A DNA stretch of 64,000 nt from Neoechinorhynchus agilis (GCA_051530055.1 JBMGUZ010000006.1:35635-99634); one strand, 5' to 3'; positions 49,097 to 60,850 are shown, counted from the first letter of the stretch. Numbers and translations are program-made. The notes: generated by a model from the sequence alone, not told the origin.

Positions 49097-51122
49097 AAAG
49101 GATGTTTGAGATATGGAAATTTGAAGTAAGAATTAATTTATTGAATTGAATATTTCACGGCGCAAATATTTTATTGTTTTCATGCCTAATTCAGATTCAA
49201 TGAAATGAAGGTGCTCCACTCCCAAGTCTTGTGAAGGGTTCGGCATTAAAAATGTGACCTTTCGTGATAACGTCAGAGTAGGAGATCATTTAATCTTGAA
49301 GCATTTTGAGAAAATGGGTAAAAAGGTACCCAAAGCTTCCTTTTTGGATTTTTATATTGTATTATTCTCCTTACGAGTGGTCCTTTTAAAAATTAAACTA
49401 AACATTCGGCATAAAAGATGCACTTACACTCAAACTTTCACTGCCGCACTGGAACGAGCAATAAAGCTCATTTACTTTGTTAAACCTTCATTTATATTGG
49501 ATTTGAAGGTCTAGAATTCTCATTCATAGTTTTTCCGAAAATTAATGCGCCTTTCGCATGTTTCAAACACTCGTTGGTTATTGTAAAAATAGGCAAAAAC
49601 CCGAGGATGGAATCCATCGTCATTATGATGAAGCTCAATCTCGTGAGTGTGTTAAACTTCCGGTTATTGAGCAGGTAAGCAATATCGATCCTTTCATAAT
49701 TCCGGGAGTACCACCGGGAATAACAGGCTGTTCACCGCCCTTCTCGTCCGTGCTTCTGTAATTACTCCTAATCACCCGCTTACTTTCGAATATGTCCTTC
49801 CAAACAACCACAATCTATTTGTAAATTCACTTTCTAACTTTCGAATAATAAAGGATTCCTTCTCTACAAGTAAGGAAGTCTCAAACATCCCTTCATCTCC
49901 TATGATTAAAGCAACATTCATTCCCCCGAATATAGCCTGGGATAAGGCAGCACTTGACATTGTAAATAACAACTCACTAAGCTCTCTGCCGCATAAAAAT
50001 GTGGACTCCCTTTTAACGAAAGCATAGTCCCAAAAGATGCAATTGATATTCTTAGCGTAACCACTCAAGAAGGCTCTGATCCAGCCTCGTCAAAATGGCA
50101 TCTCTCCTCACACTCCTCTTTTGATAAAAAAAGGGCAAACCTTCATAAAAATGAATAATTTCCCAACCAATAGTAATCTAGATTTTTCATTTGTCACTTA
50201 CAATGCATTTCGTCCCAATCGCTCCCCAGACTCCTTTTGCCCTTTTTCGCATTCTCAAATCCTGATCATTTATTTTTTCAAGAGACTGGGTCATGTTTAC
50301 TAGTCAATAACAGTAAATATGATTCCTTGCTCTTAAATTTTAGTTCATCACCCAATGGAAACCGCTTGGATTTCTCAAGAGGGTTACAATCCGTTCTAAG
50401 CAAAAATCGTGAGGCTAAATTACTCTTTCAAACAAAAACTCCAAACTTTGCCAACTTCTCCTATTCGCTTACATTAACCCACGCAAGGTCTCTTTTTTAT
50501 TAAAACCCAGATGAAAACCCCCTTTTTGGGACACGGATATAATTATTGCAGACTTTAATAGCAAATATCTCAGGACTTTTTAACAACCATTTACTACACC
50601 TACCAAAATTCCCATCCTTTCATAATTATACTTACTATTTAGACGGATTTTTCCTAACGAAAGTTTTACCCATGATCTGTTTCTCATATAATGGTATAAA
50701 GATCAAGGATAAAATCAATTTAAACGGAACATATATTAATCTCTTCATCCATCTCATATCAAAAACTCGGTCATCATCTTCGAAGGTCTCCTGAGAAGTT
50801 TTCAATAAAATATTAATTGACGCCTCTTCTAGTCATCTCATCACAAAATCTTTTATACCAAGGAAGTTTGCGTCAAAGCAAGCCAATATGTTCTGTAGAT
50901 CAGCGGCTGTGGCCGATCTGAATAACGAACACAGGTTGCGCCGGAGCTTACCGATGAGGATTTTACTATCATTTCCGATGAATACAGTTTCCAGCCAATT
51001 AAATATTTTGCCCTTTATACTCTTTGAATATCGATTCGGACCACACACATATAGATAGCGTGTGCTAGTTGGAAGACGGACTTCGAATAATAAACAAGTT
51101 GTTGTTGTATGGCTACCACAAC

Positions 51123-51132
51123 TGGCGACGAG
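51123..51132 (+). promoter_or_regulatory. Primer-binding site TGGCGACGAG (copy 2)
   Basis: Follows ...GGCTACCACA-AC, with AATAAA about 30 nt upstream, consistent with the 3' end of a 5' LTR. No second LTR is present to confirm this. Confidence 0.7.
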
Positions 51133-51412
51133 AGTGGTTTATTAAGAACAATTCTCCAATAACAGCAACAATTATTAGAACAGTTGCTTCCGGACGTAAG
51201 CAAGTTTGAGCTACGCCTTAAGCTTGAGTATACGCTGTAAGAATATAGTCAATCTAAAGTAAGCAGTATCCTAACCAATTTAAGCAACTTGTCCACTCTA
51301 CTTAATGATAATGTAATTTATATCATGTAAGTGAATAGAACTGAATATTGTAAAATATGGTCAAATAAATGAGTCTCTAGCCAATTCGAACACGACTGCC
51401 AGGAAGGATAAT

Positions 51413-52213
51413 GTGCGAGCAACGGGATTCCGGCGCTTTCTTGAGGAAAAAGAAAGCCGGCGAAGCTACAAACAACAAATCGGGTTCCACTTTGCTGCTC
51501 AAAATGTCACCGATCGACTAATGATGAGAAACATGTTCCTATCATGGATTGGGCCCTCGGCATACCAACTACTGTCAAGTCTAAATACGGGAAAAGATGT
51601 CAACGATTATGATTACCATGAATTAATAGAATTGCTGGATACCCATCACTCACGCCCAATCCATATCGTCGCTGCGCGTTTCGCATTTAGTCAATACGAA
51701 ATGAAAAATGGTCAATCTTATGCATCATGGATTGTAGACCTACGAGAAGAAGCTGGATTGTGTCAATTTTTCAATAAATCCATCAATTCGGAAAAAGATG
51801 CGATCGAAGACCAGATCAGAGACCAGATAGCGATTGGAACGCCACACGATGAGGCGAGGAACAAAATTTTGCAAATGGCAGCACCTTCTTTGAGCGGCGT
51901 GATGAAGATTTGTGAAACGTTTGAAATGATAAAGAATACGTCGTGGAGGAAGCAGTATGTAGGTCAAGAACTTCCGAATGATTCGTACACAGCAAAATAT
52001 ATGCAAGACGGAAAGTTTTTTGAAATTGACATGATTCGAAAACGGCATAATACACGTGATCAGAGGGAGAAAAGACCTAAACAACGCTGTAAAAGATGTG
52101 GAATAGAGCACGAAATATCAGTGTCCAGCAAAGAACAAGAGTTGTTTCAAACGCTAAAGGACGGGTCATTTCAGATCGTGTTGCCGATCAAGGTACCCAG
52201 TAGATCAAATTGA
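51413..52213 (+). CDS. gag: Mag-like Gag (copy 2)
   Basis: 1 aa differs from 8848..9648. Confidence 0.8.
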   Translation: MRATGFRRFLEEKESRRSYKQQIGFHFAAQNVTDRLMMRNMFLSWIGPSAYQLLSSLNTGKDVNDYDYHELIELLDTHHSRPIHIVAARFAFSQYEMKNGQSYASWIVDLREEAGLCQFFNKSINSEKDAIEDQIRDQIAIGTPHDEARNKILQMAAPSLSGVMKICETFEMIKNTSWRKQYVGQELPNDSYTAKYMQDGKFFEIDMIRKRHNTRDQREKRPKQRCKRCGIEHEISVSSKEQELFQTLKDGSFQIVLPIKVPSRSN

Positions 52214-52229
52214 AGAACTAAATAAGATA

Positions 52230-52805
52230 ATGGATGCAAACCACACAACGATAGTGGAGAATCAGATTCCAAGAATAGATGTCCAAATAAATGGGATACA
52301 AATAACGATGGAGTATGATACTGGTGCCAGTGTATCGGTGTTGACTATGACATATTGGCGTAGAATAGGCCAGCCAACTTTGAATGCTGCCAAACCCCTC
52401 AAGGCGTATGGTGGCAAACGGTTAGTAACCCTGGGAAAATGCAATATCAATGCGAGTTTGGGAGAAAGACAAAAGCAGTTAGAAGTCATGGTGGTACGAA
52501 ACGGGAAGTATAGTCTATTTGGGCGTCCTTGGATAGACGTTTTCGAAGTTCCTTGGCCTGATGTCGTATGCCACAGGCTTGATAGCCAGCAAACAGAATC
52601 AGATATCGATTCGGTCGTTACCTCAATCGATCAGCTACTATTGAAGAATAAGTCGATTTTCGATGAATCGAATACTCCTGTCAATAATACCGAAATATCA
52701 CTAGCAATAGCACCCAATGCCACACCGAGAAGATGTGCAAGTCGAAGAATTCCACTGACATTGAAGAACAAAGTAGAAAACAAGTTGATAAGGCAGTTAG
52801 AATGA
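52230..52805 (+). CDS. Gypsy aspartic protease region (copy 2)
   Basis: YDTGAS active site; ends at an in-frame TGA before the RT. Confidence 0.85.
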   Translation: MDANHTTIVENQIPRIDVQINGIQITMEYDTGASVSVLTMTYWRRIGQPTLNAAKPLKAYGGKRLVTLGKCNINASLGERQKQLEVMVVRNGKYSLFGRPWIDVFEVPWPDVVCHRLDSQQTESDIDSVVTSIDQLLLKNKSIFDESNTPVNNTEISLAIAPNATPRRCASRRIPLTLKNKVENKLIRQLE

Positions 52806-52846
52806 GATGTGCTGGAGAAAGTGGATCTACGTAAAGACTCTATCTA

Positions 52847-53992
52847 TTGGGCTGTGCCGATTGTGATTGCAAGGAAACCAGTGGTGATATCAAGATATGC
52901 GGAGACTTTAGAGTAACAATTAATCCACATCTAACAATCGATAACTACGCCATTCCTACATGGGAAGAGATCGTCAACCAAATAGCCGGAGGTGAGCAGT
53001 ATTCAAGGCTCGATTTGAAAGATGCTTATCTACAACAACCTGTCAACGCGGACTCTAGGAAATACTTGACAATCTCGACCCATCGAGGATTTTTCCGATA
53101 CAAACGACTGCCATTTGGAATCAGCTCAGCTCCTGCAGTTTTTCAACTTAGTGAGTGGTTGGCCCCTCCGGAACTACATAAATATTCGTCTCGCAGACAA
53201 GAGCTTTCAGTAGAGGACGGAGTCATCCTATGGTTGCAACGCCTTATAATCGCCCAGGCATTGAGGAATAAAGCACTTGATGTCTTACATACTGGACACC
53301 CCGGGATAACAACAATGAAAGACCTAGCAAGGTATTATTGTTGGTGGCCATCCATACGAGAGGACATCGAGCACAAGTTGGGAACGTGCGTGAACTGGCA
53401 GAGCAGGAGAGCAGATGCAGCAGAAACTCCGATGTACCAATGGGATGTGCCAGAGGAACCGTGGACCCAAATCCATTTGGATTTTGCGGGATCAATCAAT
53501 GGACAATCGTTTCTAGTGCTTATAGACACGTATAGCCACTGGCCGGAGATTTTTCCAATACACTCAACATCTGCATTCGAAACCATCGACAAATTAAGAT
53601 CCGTTTTTGCACGATTCGGTGTCCCAGCCGAAATCATATCTGACAATGGCCCACCCTTTCAGTCCGCGCAATTTAAACAGCTTTGTTCAACAAATCGGAT
53701 AAGGCATATCCGTTCATCTCCCTACCATCCTCAAACCAACGGTTTGGTAGAGAGATTCATCAGAACCTTCAAGAGACGAGTACACATCAAAAACGACTGG
53801 TACAAAAATATGCTCTCAATTCACCAATTTCTTTTAACTTACCGGAATACACCACACAAAACTAGCCAAAAAGCACCAGCTGAGACATTACTTGGACGGC
53901 GGTTGAAGACCGTATTTGATCGTATACGTCCGAATTTACGATCGACTAGCTTGAAAGGCTGTTTCTACGATCTTTGGACAGCATTTTATTAA
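52847..53992 (+). CDS. pol: Truncated Pol: RT N-terminal half fused in frame to integrase
   Basis: ICGDFRVTINP, SRLDLKDAYLQ, RLPFGISSAPAVFQ joined directly to ELSVEDGVILW..LHTGHPG..WWP; catalytic IHLDFAG, ISDNGPPF, NGLVERF with D-35-E spacing. Confidence 0.9.
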   Translation: MGCADCDCKETSGDIKICGDFRVTINPHLTIDNYAIPTWEEIVNQIAGGEQYSRLDLKDAYLQQPVNADSRKYLTISTHRGFFRYKRLPFGISSAPAVFQLSEWLAPPELHKYSSRRQELSVEDGVILWLQRLIIAQALRNKALDVLHTGHPGITTMKDLARYYCWWPSIREDIEHKLGTCVNWQSRRADAAETPMYQWDVPEEPWTQIHLDFAGSINGQSFLVLIDTYSHWPEIFPIHSTSAFETIDKLRSVFARFGVPAEIISDNGPPFQSAQFKQLCSTNRIRHIRSSPYHPQTNGLVERFIRTFKRRVHIKNDWYKNMLSIHQFLLTYRNTPHKTSQKAPAETLLGRRLKTVFDRIRPNLRSTSLKGCFYDLWTAFY

Positions 53993-55564
53993 AAAACGAT
54001 AGAGACTTCTTGTTCGAAGAATGAAATCATGGATGAGCAATAAAAAGCTCAGGAAAATATTATTGCTACCATCAAAATTCGCATTCGATGCCCTAAAGTG
54101 TTGAATGGAGGTTTCGAGCATCGTCGTATCCGAATTTATTGGCAATACTTTAAGTGATTTAATGATCAAGAATTACCAAACGATCCGGTCATCTTTAAAA
54201 AATCATTTATATTAAACATTTTTCTTACAAAATGTAAATAGTTTTTATTCGACGTTTTTTAGGTTTACCACGGTATAAAATATTGGAAATATTACAATAT
54301 TTTTTGTGTAACTTTAGATGGCTGTAAAAATTATACGATCACAATTATAGTTGCAAATGATTAAAAGGTATCAAATGATAAATTAAGATGTAGAAGAAAG
54401 TAATTCTAATTTACAGCTTTGTCGTGCTTTGAGAACGGCGTTACCTCTGCATAACAAAACGTGCGCGGAAGGTCAAGTAATTTAAAAATTAAATTTTTGT
54501 AGAACCGTTAGAAAATATTGTGTCCCCTTATCATAGATATTGCAATTATTTTATTTTTTTTGAAGTTTGATCAACCGGTAACTTTTATCCAGTATCTACG
54601 TGGGGCCTTTTTACGGTTTATATCGGTGGGCTGTGTGCTAAAGAAAAATTATCAGTCGTGAAAAAAGGCTACACATAGATATTTTATTTTATATTTGAGC
54701 ACTGATTTTGATCACGGCTGTTTAAAAAAAACTCAAATCAACAGATGAATTGATTTACTCTTTAAAATATTTTCAATTTTCCATGGTATTTATCATAAGC
54801 ACTTACTTTGAATAACTACACTCGTAGAGATCAATAAATCCTTGTTTTACAATCTTGTTTTACTTTAATCGATTAGAAAATAGTTTTACGCTACCAATTT
54901 AATTCGCCAAAATAGAATTTCTAAATTTGATGTTTGATTTGAAGAATGCTTGCCTTCATTGGATCTTATATCAAGCAGAATTGCAGATAAATTTAAATCC
55001 GCCTCTAGGGCTTCGCGTCTTCCCGTTTTTCTTACTCCTTGTGTATTTGATAATTATGTTAAAATGTTATGTTTTCAAGAAAGCGGCTTTTATACATTGT
55101 TTCCTTTTGATAATTATGATTCTCATATTCTTCCTCTTGCTCCTCTTCAACAAATCAGCATATTGGTTTCTCTGGAGGACTCCAAAAATTTATTCTTAAA
55201 TCTCACTCTTCTAAACTTCTCTTTCTAACAAAAAATATCTTTTTGTAATGCAAATTCTCTCTTTTAAGAATCGCTTCTATGGAACCTCATCCTTTTTCTC
55301 TTCTACTCTTATCATTTGCAACTTCGTGTACACGCTTACCAACGCTCTCACTAATTCAAATTTAGAACATTGGAGGATTGGCTACCACAAATAAAGAAAT
55401 GGTGCGATATAAAAATCAAGTGCTCCTAAATATTTGTATGATTGTATAAGTGCTAATGAGCCAAGACCTTGTTCGAATATGAAACATTTTTAATTTCACG
55501 AACAGTTACAAAACTATATGATAATAACACATTTTATTAATAATCGATGCTTAACCTTGAACGG

Positions 55565-56410
55565 TCAGAAAAATATCCTTCTGAAGTAGTTGAATGCCGC
55601 AACGGCCACTTGGTAGACGGCATCAATAATATTCTTTATTGTTGTCAATCCATTCCAAGGTTTCGATACGATATTCGGCTCCGTTTGCGTGCTACTTTCT
55701 TGCAAATCTATTATCTTGCACGTCGCTGGGCGTACATAACGACCTTGAGGTTCTTTTGGTTCTACTTCACTAAATAAAGTGAAAAACTCGCTGCATTTTT
55801 CGAATTCCAACGACGACTCATTAAATATATCGGTTGATTCCTGATAATCGAGAAACGATTCGTAGTAATCTTCGTTTCCATTCCAAACGTGATTAAAGGC
55901 CGGATTCTCACAATAGAGAAGAGGTGAGCCATATTCGTCCATTCCTGATCGTGAATCGTAATAATCAAAAGTCACGTTCTCGAAACCTGGTGGAGTTGAG
56001 AAGTATCCTTCGTTTTCGGGCTCGTAATCGTAATAAGAAAATGAGCAATTTTCAAAACCTGGTGGAGGTAAGCAATATTCTTCATTTCCAATCGATGAAT
56101 GATTATTACTGAAGTCATCTATGCTTGGTGGTGACTCATTGAAAATAAAAGTGAAATCATCAAAGCCGGGCGGAGGTGCACAATTATTTATAGTATTATC
56201 TGCGTTTTCCAAAATTTTTTCGACTTCTCGATCGAGGTAAAAATCATCATCGAAGGGATTATATATTTGGTGACCTTGGTGAATAATGTTGAACGTTGGT
56301 GGATCTGGATGGCTGAAACTATTGGGCTGACCAGAGATGTGGTTCCGCAGGAATTGTGCGCTTTCCTCGATTGGTGGTGCCCTTATCCCGAATGGTTGTC
56401 TTGTCGTCAT
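55565..56410 (-). CDS. Orphan 281-aa PPGF-repeat protein (copy C)
   Basis: Intact; 5 aa differ from copies A and B. Confidence 0.65.
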   Translation of the reverse strand: MTTRQPFGIRAPPIEESAQFLRNHISGQPNSFSHPDPPTFNIIHQGHQIYNPFDDDFYLDREVEKILENADNTINNCAPPPGFDDFTFIFNESPPSIDDFSNNHSSIGNEEYCLPPPGFENCSFSYYDYEPENEGYFSTPPGFENVTFDYYDSRSGMDEYGSPLLYCENPAFNHVWNGNEDYYESFLDYQESTDIFNESSLEFEKCSEFFTLFSEVEPKEPQGRYVRPATCKIIDLQESSTQTEPNIVSKPWNGLTTIKNIIDAVYQVAVAAFNYFRRIFF

Positions 56411-57366
56411 ACTTCAAATCTGTAGCTCCGAACTGTCTAAAATTAGGAAACTACGGTTAGTCGAGATTTTGGAGGCTTTACTTTCTTTATCAGGTTTTCT
56501 AATGATCTACCAAAAAGTTCAGTTACTTAACAGCAAAATGTTTCTATAAACCTGACGCAGCGCTTCGAATGACAGGTGATTTTCAAATCATTCCAAATTA
56601 AAACTAATGCGATTTCTGCAAATTTTATGACATTTCATATCCCTAAAACCCCGCTGAATTGCAACATTCTGATTGGGAAATTCTTTACTGTATCGCTTTC
56701 GACACTTATCAAGACACAACAACGGATATCACTGCGTGAAAATTCGTTTCGGAACAAGCGACTTAGTTGTTAATACCTTACAGCTACTTTAGCATTAAAA
56801 TTCGATGTTTTTTTACAAAGACAGGTAATTAGAGCATGCTGATTGGCTACTTTTCATTCAGGAGACCATACACGTGATGTTCCGAAATAGATGGAGGGAA
56901 AAACGTTTGTGCTAATACCTCGCTATCTATTGATCGATTAACCAATTTCATCAAATTTTACTTCCAATAATACCCCAAAAATACAGATTCAATTTGAGAT
57001 CTCATGATGTAAATTTGTCCGAAATTTCCACCCTCGATTTAATAGAAAAATTTCTTGCTAGGATCTCATTAGATTTTTGAAAGGATGCAACGCGGACGAA
57101 AATTGTCTCGAAACCGTTATCCAATATCTCTTCTCTTTTGAAGCATTTAATTTAATTGAAACCGTTTTGTCGTCATTGAACGAAGAAAAAGATTTGAATT
57201 CAGCCCCCCTGTAGGTGAAATGCAAATATGGACGCTTATTTTGAACTTGCGGAATCGAAAACAATTCCAACAAGCCCAAAGGCTTCAATCTTATAATTCC
57301 AACTTAAATAATGAATGAAATAGTAGGAAAAGAAGCACTAAAAGCGACGATGATAGTTTCACCAAT

Positions 57367-57678
57367 ATGCTAAAATGTTTATTGTGCCAAAAAATTAATA
57401 GTATTAATACTCTCAGTGTGCATTTCGGACCACTGCATCTTAATGGGAGATACAAAAGCAATCGAGAGAATTGCTATAAAATATTAAATGAAAAGCTATC
57501 TTGTGAACGTCATAGTATGAATCCAAAATACGATATCCGTGTAGATTCTCCCAAGCTCAGGGTAGAAATGAAGTATCGAAATATAATTACACCTATGAAC
57601 AAATCAACATCTAAGGAGGAAATGGATAAGCTTATTGAGATTAAATTGCCAAAAGATGAATGTCAAATTCAAGAGTAA
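57367..57678 (+). CDS. Hypothetical 103-aa C2H2-like protein (copy C)
   Basis: Protein identical to copy B. Confidence 0.35.
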   Translation: MLKCLLCQKINSINTLSVHFGPLHLNGRYKSNRENCYKILNEKLSCERHSMNPKYDIRVDSPKLRVEMKYRNIITPMNKSTSKEEMDKLIEIKLPKDECQIQE

Positions 57679-58759
57679 AGTAACTATCAAAAAGAAAGTG
57701 TCCCTTCCAATTAATAAAAGTATCAATAAAAATCAATAGGTTGTAGATTCTTTCTCTTGATAAAAAAACAGCAATTGACATGTCTTAATGACAACATTTT
57801 TCCTTCCGCAATACTAAAAAGCACATTATAAATATTGATCACGCGCTGGAATAATGACGTTCCTTGATCGATTTGGCATTGAGAAATATTATAGTTCTTA
57901 ATAATCTTTGCATTTATTTGCATGGTGTCGATGGTTATGAGGATCGGGAAATCGAGAAGTTTCAACGACCAACAGAATCAGCTGGTGGAAGTTCGAGAAA
58001 GAGGGAAATGAATATTGATGCCTTAGCGGTCCTCAGGATCCCATTCGTTAGAGAAAAATCCAAGAGCGACATGAGAAGGCTCAAAAAGAGACAGGTCTAT
58101 AAATTCGATCAGTTCACAGGAGCCCTCCGAAAAAGCATCCGGCAAGCAATGTCCAAGGACGATTGACGTCAAAAATGCCACTTTGCACGAGGAGTAATGC
58201 CAACTATTAAACTAAATGTGTTCAGTGCGCACAAGAAGAGATTCGAGTCGTCTACATTGGGAAGATGGACGTATTTGTGAACAGTTTCGTAATGCTTTAC
58301 CTAAAGAATGCCACTTCCTTTTCAGTTGGTTGCACTGCTCAGTAACTTCAAGATGCATTAACCCGCTTGGTCGATCGACAGTGAGAGCGAGGGCTCAAAT
58401 TCTAGACCAGAAATCCATGGGACACGATCTTATTTTATTTGAATTTGGAAAGTTCGATCTAAAGACTAAGGTGGTTTTCTATGACAAGACTATCATTAAT
58501 TTCAAACCATCAAATAAAATCTAATCCAAACAAAGGATGTATAAAATTAACTGAAATGAATAATATTATGTCCAAGGCCCCCAATGATAACTTGGTCACT
58601 TTTTCACATCTAAAGAAACAGAGACCCTCCAAATTAACAAATTCTACGAGATTTACTACGAATTAGTGAATCGCAAGGCACAACATGACTCATAAATTTT
58701 AAAAAGCAGAATTTTACAAATGTCTTGCAAATGAAAATCTAGAAAGAGATGTCGACAAA

Positions 58760-60850
58760 GATTGGTAGGTTCCAAGATGTTGGGGAAGTTCGCCGTTCTC
58801 AACCCCAAGAAATTACGCTATTGATCTCAGAATGGCGTGAGAACCTTCCTCCTGACTTTTGGCAAACGAAACCGTGTCGCCCAAAAGCATCAACCAAAGA
58901 CTCACATCGACAGCAATGGTGCGTGCTCATCGGGAGACCAAGTCTCAAGGAAACTGCGATCCTCGTTACCTCATCAGTGAGACGAGTTCCCAGGGATGCC
59001 AGAGGAACAGCCTCCAAACACGCCCCCGATTTTCGTGTCGAAATTGCCGACAATCTAGCTCGGACGACCCCATCGCGAAACTCGGTTAGTGAGCTGTGAG
59101 ATCTCGCGGCGAGAGGTATTTCCCAGATCAACTGTCTGAGGCCATTAACGGGAACATGGTTAGCGCCTGCATGCTGGTACCATTCCTCAACTGCCACCAC
59201 AAATTCTTGGTCAAGACAAAACTTTTCCCTCAGAATTTTCTTCGCCATTGGTTGACTTCCCTCATACGATCCAAGAAAGGCTGGCAAGGCAAGGTCTACT
59301 AGCGCCCGAATGCCCATTCCCCCAGATGACAAAGACAATGGAGATTGTTGCCACGCCTCATCTGAGAGCTGTACATTTAAAATACGCTCGAGACAAGCCC
59401 TCACATTGTCGTCGAGCTCAGCCAATCCTTCCTTATGTTTGAAGAATGTTGCTGTGCCGACCTTATATAACAATTTCGGGGTAAAGAGTGCGTTCTTTAT
59501 CAGAAATAATGCTTCGTGAGCGGAGACAGCGCTGACCCTATCACACAGCAACGAAAGTTTCGGTATGATGCGGCCGATCTCAGCTTCCACATTTGAATCA
59601 AATACGCAACTACCCAGGAGGCTGAGTTGCTCTGGAATCTGAGCTCTATGTCCATTCTCGAGGTCTCCCTAATCATCATCCAAATACCAAGTGCTGAAGC
59701 TGGAATGGAGAGTGCGCTATGAGATTTATTGTTAGGGAGAATGCGATTGGACCGAGAGGATCTCCTTGCTGCACTCCTTTTTCGGACCAAATGAGGTGGT
59801 CTTCGAAAAGCAAAGGAGTCGCGGTCCCGTGAGCATTGAGAAAATACTAGATGGCTTCTGGTACGTGATCTAAAATTGTACAGAACATGCATTCTCTATT
59901 GATAGAGTTAAAGACGTTCTAAAAATCACACTTAAGAATCACGCACGGCTCTGAATTAATCGTAGTAAAGTTTCGGAGCGCGTGGATAATAGCTTCCGCG
60001 CCGCAGGATGTGCAGCAGCCCAGTTGGACTGAGCGAGTTTGCTGGCCGGTTTTCTCTGTATTACGTTTACAGAAAATTTTTCCTGTAAGTCGGCGTATCG
60101 TCGAAGATACGGCGATGGGACGAATCCCGCCTTCTTTTTTGTGAGGGCACATAATGATGTTCCGAAGAATAGGTATTTTGCAACGGAATTCAGATCCTCT
60201 ACAGTCGGACGGTCGACCACCCGAGAAAGCGCACTTTCCAGAGAGAGCTGCTTCACCAGTTATATAATAACACGTTTATTGGATACAAAGAAAGGTTTAG
60301 GAGGACCCATGTACCTTTGAGTCCTCATCCGTTAATATGGTATATGCAGTCGAGAGATGTTCGTTCGGGAGGTAATATCTGATCGGAGGGATGTCTATTC
60401 GGGTTGGAAATTTCAAGTCGGGGACGGTTCGTTCGGGTGAAAGGACATCGTGTCCTTTAGGTGCTGAGGCCTTAGCTCGCCAAGTTCATGACTCGAACCA
60501 TTTGCAAAAGATGAGATGGCCTTTTTAACTCCAAAATTTGAGTTGGTGTCTTGTTTTGTATGGGAGGAGGTGGGTTTTCAAAACTGCCACCACTGCATGG
60601 ATGTTTTGACCGGAGTATTTTTAGTGTCGCGTTGTCTCATTGTGCAAAACTGTCGGAGGATGACAATAACCGAACATCTCCGTCCGCAGTCTCCGAAGAT
60701 ACTCGTTCAGTCAGGGATCGCCTTGAAAAACGGCAACAAAACCCTTGCTTCGTGCGTCCCTCACGAACATCGCGAAATCTCATTTCGAAATTGTGAAATA
60801 TCTGTTCGAAGGAGTCAAAGACACTTCAGAATCATCACTGGTACAAAGGA
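58760..60850 (-). mobile_element. CRE-like element (family A), longest copy, decayed
   Basis: KKAISSFANGS..LRPQHLKD; KKEGGIRPIAVSSTIRRL; QLG...GAEAIIHA; ILKCDF; WYLDD; 263-aa C-terminal ORF 58799..59590. Confidence 0.9.

Larger units (their letters stand above)
49616..53375. repeat. 3.76-kb inverted copy of 7686-11451
   Basis: Mirror ORFs with coordinate sum 61061 and only scattered substitutions. Confidence 0.95.
51121..53950 (+). mobile_element. Ty3/gypsy (Mag-like) element, copy 2: gag, protease, deleted RT, integrase
   Basis: ORFs 51413..52213, 52230..52805 and 52847..53992. No 3' LTR; the 3' end joins the hub module at the shared agcttgaaa. Confidence 0.9.

Noticed and set aside
50889-51120. 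Exact 5' LTR boundaries of the gypsy element
   Set aside because: The CA end, AATAAA and PBS fit, but with no 3' LTR or TSD the start cannot be fixed.
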